Below are positions 9,771-20,175 of a DNA stretch of 64,000 nt, in pieces. The position numbers were made by a program, and so were the translations under genes. The notes beneath the pieces were generated by a model. It was not told the DNA's origin. It saw only the letters and a program-made list of their open reading frames with translations, and did not search any database. Origin of the DNA: Guillardia theta CCMP2712 (Eukaryota; Protista; Cryptophyta). The DNA lies in NCBI RefSeq assembly GCF_000315625.1, contig NW_005434639.1:463615-527614 (forward strand), read 5' to 3'. The number at the start of each line of letters is the position of its first letter. Position 1 is the first letter of the stretch.

Positions 9771-11197
9771 ATTTGGATAGCCCTCAGGTTGCCTCGACTT
9801 TGAACCATATCAGTCCAAGGCCAGACCGTCGTTTGCCGTCATGGGACCTGAAAACCTGGAGGGGAGTAGAGTACTTTGCTTGGATGGAAGGCTTCCTTGA
9901 TTGCAAAGGTAGACCAGATGTCAGCACATTTATGAGCTTTGTTGGAAATGGATATTTGTTTTCACCAGCATCTGTTGTCGGCAATACCATACAGGGATAT
10001 TTCAGTCTGTCATGTCAGGTGAATCAGCTACAGTATGAAAAGGAAATGCTTACTAGGGAAAATATGGCGCTGAAAGAGTTGTTGCCAAACGTAGACAGAA
10101 TTTTGAACTTGACGTTCGAAGACATTTGGAAAGCCAATTATCCCAATGATAAGTGCCCCATGAATGTCGAAGATATCCCCAAGGAGTTCGAGTATCGGAA
10201 GGAAAAAATTCTCAAAGACATTTTCTCCGAGGTTGGGTCATTATCTGCTTTGTTGTCAAAAGGTATTCGTCAGATGTCTGGGCTTAATGGCTCTAGTCAG
10301 GCTGGAAAGGCATTCGGCCATCTTTCCACGTTGAGGCAAAATCCGGATTCATTGTTTCATTTCGAAAATTTTTTGACAGGATATGCTCACGCAATTGCAC
10401 CGAATTTGGACAGCCGTTGTGAGAGAAATCGCAAAGTCAAAAAAGCCATCCAGAGCTTGTATGATGCAATAGCTCCCAACGTGGATGAAGTTGGTCTCTT
10501 GACTATGGGTCAACAGCTGACACACAAATCTTTGAAATTCGTTCATGACATGATGAAAAAATGCGGAGTCAAAATATTTGGAAGTACATCTTCTATCAGT
10601 ACTTCGAGAGCCAAGCAGAAGAAGCTTGTGACTGACATGGTGGACGGAATCAATGAACTTCCTGGCGGACATGGTGCTTCCATTCTCAAATTGCTCGAAC
10701 TGTTGTTCATGAAGCTTGCGCGAGAAGATCCAAACATGTACCTTGTAGAATCCTTGGTGCTTTCCCTCTGTTTCGATAGCACGAGATTGGGATCATCAGC
10801 TCAGTCAGGTACAGAACAGACAGAGTTTGCAATGAATCTCATAGCTGTGTGGAACAAGGCGGTTGACGTTGCAAACTCTATGTTTGACCAGGAGACCAGA
10901 ATGAATTCGCCTGCTTCATATATCTCTTTCTTGTTGTTGTACCTGAAGGACACTATCGAGAATATTGACAAGAATCTGTGGAATGTCTATGGTTTTGATT
11001 TGAAAAGCATCTTGAAGGATCTGTTTGTCACTTGTGAGAACGGAGAGATCAAGAAAATCAAAGCTGGACTTCACTTCTACAAGGACAAAGATGGGGTTTT
11101 GAACTGCATTGGGGGACGTGATAGAACAGCCAGTGATCCGAATTCCACACCTGATCTCGTCATTGAAATAAAAAATATTTGGCCTACCCCACCTTAA
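9725..11197 (+). CDS. Putative RAG1/Transib-like DDE transposase, C-terminally truncated (element ORF4)
   Basis: 490-aa uninterrupted ORF (coding status likely). Family call is by motif order: LTHKSLKFVHDMMKKCGVKIFGS, then LVLSLCFDSTRLG (D codon 10775-10777), QTEFAMNLI, NSPASYISFLLLYLKDTIENI. No CxxC or catalytic E region follows. Confidence 0.5.
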   Translation: MHCQDMENIHQFYPMNLDSPQVASTLNHISPRPDRRLPSWDLKTWRGVEYFAWMEGFLDCKGRPDVSTFMSFVGNGYLFSPASVVGNTIQGYFSLSCQVNQLQYEKEMLTRENMALKELLPNVDRILNLTFEDIWKANYPNDKCPMNVEDIPKEFEYRKEKILKDIFSEVGSLSALLSKGIRQMSGLNGSSQAGKAFGHLSTLRQNPDSLFHFENFLTGYAHAIAPNLDSRCERNRKVKKAIQSLYDAIAPNVDEVGLLTMGQQLTHKSLKFVHDMMKKCGVKIFGSTSSISTSRAKQKKLVTDMVDGINELPGGHGASILKLLELLFMKLAREDPNMYLVESLVLSLCFDSTRLGSSAQSGTEQTEFAMNLIAVWNKAVDVANSMFDQETRMNSPASYISFLLLYLKDTIENIDKNLWNVYGFDLKSILKDLFVTCENGEIKKIKAGLHFYKDKDGVLNCIGGRDRTASDPNSTPDLVIEIKNIWPTPP

Positions 11198-11472
11198 GAC
11201 ATATGACATAAAAACAAGGGGTAGTCATCGGCTGTCTTGCCTGAGCGGACGGGTGCCTAGAAGATTCAGAAACTTTTTGGTACAAAATTTGTACGAAGGG
11301 GTCAGGACCCCTCTGGTACAAAACATGCAACGATTTGGTACAAGTATTTTAAAGCCCGTACAAACAAAATGGTCTGGTACAATAAATTCCAGAAGGGACT
11401 TGGAACGGAATGCAACCTAAACCTGCTAAAAAACCAGCTAAACTGCATCCTAATTCCCTGTTAGCATTGGAA

Positions 11473-14056
11473 CTGATGCATTCGGGTTGCAGATATATTT
11501 CCAATTGGTTGCAGATGTGTATATGCGTGCATGATCACACCACACAAAAAAATGGATTGCACTTTTTGGTGTGAATGATATAGGTTACTATAGAGTTACA
11601 GGTTCACGCACATCCAATTGGTTGCAAATGTATTTCCAATTGGTTCCTGATGCATTCGGGTTGCAGATGTATATATGAGTGTATCATCACACGCTTTGCC
11701 GCTTTGCTTGCCGGAGGCAACCACACAAAAAACGTATTGCACTTTTTGGTTTTAATATTAGATTTGGGTTGTCATAGAGTTACATGTTCACGCACATTCA
11801 AAAGAGAGAATCGTTGCACATGTATATATGAGTGTATGATCAAACCACACAAAAAAACGTATTGCACTTATTGGTGTGAATGATATAGGTTACTATAGAG
11901 TTACAGGTTCACGCACATCCAAAAGGTTGCAAATGTCTTTCCAATTGGTTCCTGATGCATTCGGGTTGCAGATGTATATATGCGTGTATCATCACACGCT
12001 GTGCTTGCCGGAGGCAACCACACAAAAAAGGTTGCACTTATTGGTTTTAATATTTAATGTTAGATTTGAGTTGTCACAGGTTAACAGAGTCACGCAAATT
12101 CAAAAGAGAGAATCGTTGCGGATGCATTCGGGTTGCTGATGTATTTTCAATTGGTTGCAGATGTGTATATGAGTGTATGATCACACCACACAAAAAAACG
12201 TATTACACTTATTGGTGTGAATGATATAGGTTACTATAGAGTTATAGGTTCACGCACATCCAAAAAGTTGCAGATACATTCAGGTTGCTGATGTATTTCC
12301 AATTGGTTGCACATGTATATATGAGTGTATGATCAAACCACACAAAAAAACGGATTGCACTTATTGGTGTGAATGATATAGGTTACTATAGAGTTATAGG
12401 TTCACGCACATCCAAAAAGTTGCAGATGTATTTCCAAAAGAGAGAATCGTTGCTTATGTATTCGGGTTGCAGATGTATATATGCGTGCATGATCACACCA
12501 CACAAAAAATGTTGCACTTATTGGTTTTGATAATTAATGTTAAATTTGTGTTGATATAGAGTTACAGGTTCACGCACATTCAAAAGAGAGAATCGTTGCA
12601 GATGTATTTCCAATAGGTTGATTGGTGGAGCATCACTTATTTAAGCTCGTGATGCCTGAGATAATTAATAGGAAAACAAATGTATAATATGTTTGTTCAA
12701 GCCACTCCGTGGGTACGCTCGTTGATATTTATTGAAATGTTGTGAAAACAAACAGTGATGTGATGCTATAATTGAAAGGATATATTAATGGTAAGCATTG
12801 TAATCAAGTTTAGCAAGTGTAACAGTGATAGGGCCTTGCCCACCGCATTTCATGCAGTAACGCTGTTAAAATGTGTGGGAAAAGTGTAAAACATGCACGA
12901 CATAGGTGTATATAGTAAGTATAAAAAAATATGATTTATTTTTGTTTTATTGAATAGTTCTATAAATGAATTAATCAAGAATCTCTAAATCAATAAATGT
13001 TTTAGGAAGAGGAGCATCAGCGGATTTGATAATATTTGGTGGCATATGGTCATCCAATTGTTTTTTAGGAGGCATCTGTTGATGTTTTAGACACTGATAT
13101 TGAAACAGATTCATTTTTTTAATTAAGGATTCATGCCTGTGTTTAAAGGTATGAATTCTACCATTTGGTATCAGCATGTGGGTATTGTTGACTTCATTGA
13201 AAATTAGCATTGCACTGCAGTGGTTTTCATCGAGGAATTTCAAATATGGACGACTGAAGACTTGTAATCAAGGGTTTGCGAGTGTAATAGTGAAGCTCAA
13301 GTTGCAATGGAACAGATTCGCACTGCGCGCTCATCATAGCATTCGCGTTGCTCATGCTATACCGCCGTTTTACATTGTGTAATTTATGCACCGCAATGCA
13401 GCAATGATTTACATTGATATGAAATTAGAAAAATATCTTGTTTATTATTCTTATTCAAATTTTGTTCAATAAATATAATTGGGTTATAATATATTTTTCC
13501 AATGTTGAATCTTGAATCTTGTTGGTATTCTAGTGTAATAGGAATAACAAGTGTAGCACAAGTTGCAATGGAATAGATGAGCACTGCGTGCTCATCATAG
13601 CATTCGCTTTGCTCATGCTATACCGCCGTTTTACATTGTGTAATTTATGCACCACACTGCAGCATTAATTTACATTGATATGGCAACAAGATTCAAGATT
13701 AATATTTATTGGATATTATTTTAATTGAAATAATATTTATTGCAATGGGTGATTAATATTTATTGAACATAATCTTAATAGAAATTTTGTCATTGTGTTT
13801 TCAAGTGTTTTAATTTGGATATTATTAGCATTGTACTGCAATAGGAATATATTTAAATTTTAGTAGTGTAATAGATTTATTGTTGTATTGTACGCAGGAA
13901 TCATCGTTTTTACGTACAGAGTCACAAGACCCTCTGTTATTTTGATGGTCTTCAGGGTGGTCTTCAGTCGTCCATATTTGAAATTCCTCGATGAAAACCA
14001 CTGCAGTGCAATGCTAATTTTCAATGAAGTCAACAATACCCACATGCTGATACCAT
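11473..14056 (-). repeat. Right terminal inverted repeat (2,584 bp)
   Basis: Begins CTGATGCATTCGGGTTGC at 11473, matching GCAACCCGAATGCATCAG ending at 8104. Confidence 0.97.
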
Positions 14057-14235
14057 ATTTGGTTGCAGCGCAGGTGAGCACCCCTACAGTTTAGCGTAAA
14101 TCAAGGGGTGAAGGTGATCAATCTAAAACCCTTTATATGAAGTTGACATTTTAGGGAGAAGTACCCCGTGGTCTTCCCAGTTTCTTGGGAGTGATAGGGG
14201 TGGGTAGGGGAGAAAGGCGGTGCCGCGCTCAAATT

Positions 14236-17200
14236 CATGATGCGATCGCCTCTCCTCCTCCTCCTCCTCCTCCTCCTCCTTGACCCCGCACATGCTTCCA
14301 GTCACGAAGAGCCTGTCCACCATCCATCCAGCAAGGGGCTTCACGGCTCCTTCCACATCGCTCCCGATTTCAAGAAGCTGGCCGACACAATCGCACAAAA
14401 CATGATGGCGGCGAAGCGAGCTCTCCAGCTCCACAAGCTCCAAGATGCTGGCAAGCTGCAGACAGGCAGCTCTGTCCGTCAATCTACATCCTGTCCAGAC
14501 TCTACTCAGGTCATCGCGAACTGCAGCTTAGAGTACTCCAGCATGTACAGCCCAAGTGCCGACATGGCAAGCATTTGTCAATCGAGCAGCACCTGCGTCA
14601 GTCAGCTGCAGACGCTGTCGAGCAAGTACAAGAGCACAGCCGGATGCTCGACCGACTATCAGGCTCAGAGTGTCCAGGCCTGGCTGTTACAGATCAAATA
14701 TGGCTGTGTGAAAGACGGAAGTAAGTACTGCGCGACCACATGGGCGAGCGCTACCGATTTGTCGTACAAGGTGGTGGACGCGAGCTGGATAAGACGTCGC
14801 GGCTGACAATGCTGTCAGGATCTGTGCAGCTCTGCGTGCTTCAGCCAGTACAGGACCATATACCAAGAAGTGTACGGGGCCTCTGAAGCCGAGTACCTCA
14901 ACATGGTGTGCCAGAAGGACTCCAAAGGCAACTACTGCATGGACACGATGACGTCGTCAGAGACAGCAATGTCCGGCAGCATGATATGCTCTGAGTGCGG
15001 CGCGCTGGTACGGCCTGTCGGATCAGGAGGCAGAGAAGCTTGCGGGCTGACAACGTGCGACAGATGATAAAGATGTCCCAGTCGTCTGGCGCATCGATCG
15101 CTGACAGCAGCGTCGACATCGACACCGTATATGGGGCCATGTGCTCGAAAGGTGATCAGAGCCCGACGTGACCAAGCGCTATGAGCTGACGTCATGCTCA
15201 GACGGCGACTCCTACTGCTTTGACAAATTCATCGCGGCAGCTTTGTCCGCCGCAGCCAGCGGCGGCAGCAGCTCCGAGACCTGTGACGGGACGAGCTCGA
15301 CCTGTACCAACGTCTGTAAGGTACGCGCGAGTGCCAGACTGCTCCGGCCGCCTTCCTTCTCAATGAGTGCCGAAAGTAAACATGCCCTAATGAAACCCAA
15401 CATTTTTTACGTTGATCTGAAGAATCTAGGACGAGGAGCAGAAAAGAATAATGAAAGAGGCCGAGAACGCGGCGAAGCTCTGCTCTCAAAGCCTGCCGAA
15501 GCCATGTGAGCTCTGACAGGCCGCACGCGGAGCTTGTGACAGCTGACGTCTCGAGGGGCTGCGCAGGCGGGGCGGGGCCCTCGTTCAACCTCAAGATCGA
15601 GATATCGAACCTCAAGCAGAGCTGGTACGCCGCAAACAAGGCCACCGCAGACCCCTTGGTGAGTCGCGTCATGTCTCGAGAGAGAAGGCGGCGCCATGCC
15701 TGATCTTGAGCAGCTCGCCACGGACATGAACTCGGCCTTCGGCACTACAGCTGGGCAGGTGAGAGAGAGCGCAGAGGCCCCGCCTGCGCGTGCGATGATG
15801 TGCGGGGGGATGACGAGAGGCTGGCAGGCGAAGATGGGGACGTCGACGGCAGGAGCAGGCGGCACTTCCATCGACGTGAGCATCACCACCGCCAACAAAG
15901 ATCAGGTAACTTCGCTAGACCCGTAAGCGCTGCTCTGATGACGTCACGGCTAGGGTACTGCGGTAGAGAACAACATCAAAAAGTACAAGGCAAGGCGGAG
16001 CGGAAGCGTAAGTCAAGGACTGTGTCTCTGACCGAAGGCGCTGACGGATGGCTGGTAGTCCCTTAGCCTGGCCACCACGAGCACAAACCTTCCCTCCGAC
16101 GCCAAGATCGACCCGTCAAAGGGTTTCAGCGTCACGGTCTCGTCCTACGTCAAGGCCTCCTCGGCTGCCTCGCGATCTCTTGCGTGGTCGGTGCTGTCGG
16201 TGGTTGTGCTGAACGTGTTGGTGAGACCTGCGATGCTGGGGCTTGCGAGAACCTGACGATCAAGGGCTGCTGCAGGTCGTGGGGAGGATGGGTGCTCATT
16301 GGTGAGGGATAGGATCCTACTGTGAGGATCCGGACTCGTGGAGTGCTCTTTTGGACAAGAGAAGTGGTAGCCATGAGGCATGAAGAGATCGCAGTCGGAT
16401 GACCGCGTGAAGCTGATGCTTGACGGAGCCTATGTTGCTGACCGTACTCAATGACAACGTAGTCATTAGTCACTTGCCACAACACAACACTTACAAAGCT
16501 ACCTAGAAGAATACTTGATAACATTATACATGATCACGGATCTTTTACACGTTATCCTGGCCCGCGCACAGACCGACGGTGCTGCTCGATGAGAGCGTGT
16601 TGCCGACTGACCATCTCATTGAAACTAGCACTGAGTGTCTTCAAGGTCGTTTCGCAGGCCACTGGCCTGCAATACTTGATTAAGAGTAAAAACAAACCTT
16701 CCAGTCAACAATCAAGGATATTTGAAAACTTGACCAAGGAGATTCCTCAATGGCTGAAGATGATGTTCTCCAGTCGCTGGTGCGGTTATGGCAGCGGACG
16801 GCCTCCCCCTCCTCCCCCTCCTCCCTCCCTCCCCCCTCGTCCTCCTGCCTGCCCTGCGCTCCCGCAAGTCAGCTTCCTCAGCCCTCCAGTCACTCCTATC
16901 AAGCTGCGTTCCTGTCCTCCTGCGCAAGCCTTCCTCATGCGGCGAGGGTAGCCAAGATGAAAGCTACTCAAGAAGACTTGCTGCGAATGCTGCTGCTGGC
17001 CTGCCGGGAAAGGATCGACGGCCTTTGCTCATCCATGAGGATGAGCGAGGAGGAGAAGACGTCACATCCGGAGTTACTGAGCAGCGAGGTGTCTGAAGGG
17101 CTGCTGCTGAAGCTGGAGGATCTCGAAGCAAGGCTGACGAGGGACATGGAGAGCATGAGATCACTTCTTGCAGGAGTGGCTGAGTACGAGAACCTTCTCC

Positions 17201-19703
17201 GAGAGCGGGCGATGCTGGAAACAACCTTCACCGACTCCTCCAGGCTGCTGGATCGCACTTCGAACTCGTACACTCTTCGGCGATCGGAGGAGCGGTACAA
17301 GGCTCTGGTGCTCAAGATCATACCTGAGAGAAGGAAGGAGCTGCTAGAAGCGATAGAGGAGTGGGAGAGGAGCAACGGGAAGGCGTTCTTGACGTGGGGA
17401 CGAAGGTACCTGGACAGCCCAGATGAAGTGATACCAGCGGACGAGGAAGGTGTACGGGGACGAGGAGCAGAGCAGTCTCAGGTGAAAGAGAGGATAGTCC
17501 GCATCCAGCACAATCGTGACAGAGGCCAAGAGCACATCTCCCAAGTGTCACAGTCTATCTCCTTCGTCTCTGCTGCAGAGCCTTCTATAGAGCCAGACGC
17601 TTCTCCAGGTCAACCGCTAGTCTCCTCTCTGCACAGTAGCTCAAGTGCTTGTAGCTCGGCGGTCGAAGAAGCAAGAGCGTGCTTCAAGCCTGCTGATGGA
17701 CCGGGTGGAAGCCCTGGAGACCTGGGCAAGAGAGCGGTGCGACAGGGGTGGTGTTCTTGACTGCGTGGACGTCAGGTCCTGAAGCAGCAAGGAGAGATAT
17801 CAGCGATGCAGGACCAGGAGAGGCTGATGAGACAAGGTCCGTGATGAGGCTGCTGATTTCTGTGCTAACCCCTCCTCGCAAGAGCTGGGAGAGTCGGACT
17901 CCAAGAGCAGAGACGCGGCTATCCACAAGCTGACAGTGAGGATGAGAAGAATGGAAGGTGGAGTTTCGGGGCGTCCTCCTGCCCCTGACATCAGCGCAGA
18001 CATGATGAAGAGATGTCAAGTCGGACAAGACTCGCCCAAGGCAGAGGGTCACACCAATGGTGGGTCTGGCGCTTGCTGACATGCTGCAGAGAAATCCAAG
18101 AGCATGCCTGCGGATGCGTTGGTGCTGAAGAAGGATCATAGCAAACTCCAAGAATCGCTCAAGCTTGCCCAAGAAAAGATTGTGACGTTGGAGGTTCGGG
18201 TCGGGCGCTCGCACCGCCTTGTGACAAGCCGAGCAGGCCAAGCAAGGGAAGCTGATAGAGCAGCTGGCGGAGCTCTCGCTCAAGCTGCAAGGTGAGTCAG
18301 GAGGGAGAGACTCGATGGGATGAGCTGAGGATGAGGTGCAGACAAGAAGTTCGTCCAGCCGTCAGACCTCAAGTCTGCCTTTCAGAGCTTGTTCCAAGGC
18401 TTCACCAACGTCCTCGACCCCTCTCAGCCAAAACGAGCCGGTTCCCCAGCTTTCTCCTTCTCCTGCTCTGCTCCTGCCCTTGTTTACCTCCTGCTCTGCT
18501 CCTGCTCATCCTCCTTCTCGCCTTGTTGGACCCTCAAGTCTCTCTAGGTAACTCGGGTGAGGAGAAGAAGGTTCGCTTCGCCTACATCGGCGAGCACTTC
18601 GCTCACTCGCTACTGAGCGGCTTCAGCGCCATCGAGAAAGTGGAGAAGAAGCATCTTGAGCTCCTGGTCGAGCTGGAGGAGCAGCGGGAGAGGCACCAGC
18701 AGGAGAGGATCGAAATTTCCCGCAAGCTTGCGGACGTCCTGTCGAGATGCGACAACTGCGACACCGTGGCAGAAGAAGTTAAACTCGACCTGCAGGAGGT
18801 CGCTGCTCGCGCAGAGGAAGGGAGGGAGGCAGCTCGGAGCGTGTGCTGTCTGAGCGACGAAGTGATTTCCTGCCAGCAAGGCTTGGACGAACTCCGCTCG
18901 CGCACTGTCATGCTGGAAGAGAGGAGCGGGCAATCTGAGGGGAGCAAGTCAGCACAGAGACAGGGAGATGTTAAGCAGGAAGGAGGTACAAGAGAGTGCG
19001 GAGAAGAAGATGGGGAGGAGGGGAGGAGCGCGTTGGAGGATCTTTCCTCGCGCGTGTCTCTCCTTGAAGCTTCTCTGGCTGCCTCTGCTCCCTCTCCCTC
19101 TCCCTCTATATCCGCTGAGGCCATCAACGCGCTCAGTGAGGAGCTAACAGAGAGGATGGAGGAGTCTGCGGCGCGACGAGACAGCAGCCTGATGAAGACG
19201 CTGGAGGAGGCGATGCTCTCCTGCGTGTCGCGCGACGACGTGCGAGAGAGTCTGCTGCTGTATGCCAGCAAGAAGGACCTCAAGGCGAGCGAGAGCAGGA
19301 CCTGGGAGCGCATCGCCAAGGTCGAGGAGGAGGGAGCGCAGACTTCTGCGATGATCAAGCTGGCGAGGAAGGAGCTGGAGGGGATGAAGAGTAGCTTCCT
19401 CCTCTCCTCGCAGGAGCTCGCGGCAAAGCTCTCGAGCCACGAAGAAGACTGTGCCGAGGCGGTAGACGCGCTGTCAGGCAGCATTGCACAAGTCTCGTCC
19501 GAGCTCTTCAAGTTTGCAGCAAGTCAGTCGGAGCTGTTTGTTCGACGCGACGAGCTCGCCAGCATTCGAACCTTGACGAGCAAGGCGGAGAGTGAAGACA
19601 ACAGAAGCAGCGAGCTAGAGGAGGAGCGGGAGGGGGAAGAGACACAGCAGCATTCGAGGGAAGAGGAGGCAAAGAAGGATCAGGAGGGGAAAGGAGAGGG
19701 AAA
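14236..19703 (+). repeat. Segmental direct duplication, copy B (partner 44-5507)
   Basis: See copy A; continues into unique sequence after 19703. Confidence 0.97.
14237..16312 (+). pseudogene. Cysteine-rich surface protein gene, copy B: probably disrupted
   Basis: 15369-15452 is unrelated sequence replacing copy A 1177-1262, removing a splice acceptor (CCCAG) and the NDLKTVNDIGCCAGSMLAAIPES coding segment; upstream DNA also differs from copy A. Confidence 0.7.
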
Positions 19704-20175
19704 GAGAGAGCAAACAGATGTCAAGAAGAGGGAAGAGAAATGCAGAGAAGGGCTGAAAGGGAGCGACGAGGATCAAAGAGGAGAAGAGGAGCTCGAGCAC
19801 GAGGAGCATGAGCAGCAGCAAACGAGGAAGCAGCACCACGAACAGAACGAGGATACCATGCATGACAGAGAGGACGGGGACACGAGAAGTCAGAAGCTTG
19901 AGGCAGCGAAGGAGAGGGGGGAGGAGGAGCACAGGGCTAGAGAGGTCACGAGAGAGGGGAGGGAGGAGGGGTCGCGTGAGAGCGCCATGGAAGCATCTCA
20001 AGCGTCGCTGGGCATGAAGAAGAAGGTGCGGCTTGGCGCGCTCTGCTCTGCTTGCTGCTGATAGGTGGACGCAGTCGCTCAAGCTCAGGCACGAGGAGCG
20101 GCTGAGGATGAGAACGATGAACAAGCTGCTGGGAAGGTGAAGATGGAGGAGGAGGCGGACGGAAAGTTTGTGTGA
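16750..20175 (+). CDS. MAP65/Ase1/PRC1-like microtubule-binding domain plus long acidic coiled-coil protein (copy B, apparently intact)
   Basis: DSSRLLDR...LRRSEERYK...IPERRKELLEAIEEWERSNGKAFLTWGRRYLD matches the conserved Ase1/PRC1 motif; multi-exon; last exon VDAVAQ...GKFV-stop. Confidence 0.7.

Larger units (their letters stand above)
5521..14056. mobile_element. 8.5-kb AT-rich element with 2.58-kb terminal inverted repeats (foldback/invertron-like), family unassigned
   Basis: Starts ATGGTATCAGCATGTGGG at 5521 and ends CCCACATGCTGATACCAT at 14056; mirrored positions sum to 19577 throughout; abrupt switch from GC-rich host DNA to AT-rich DNA at both edges; unique core 8105-11472 with same-strand ORFs. 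Confidence 0.93.

Noticed and set aside
5521-14056. Complete Polinton, PLV, virophage or transpoviron
   Set aside because: No recognisable capsid, packaging ATPase, pPolB, integrase or helicase motifs; a deleted derivative cannot be excluded.
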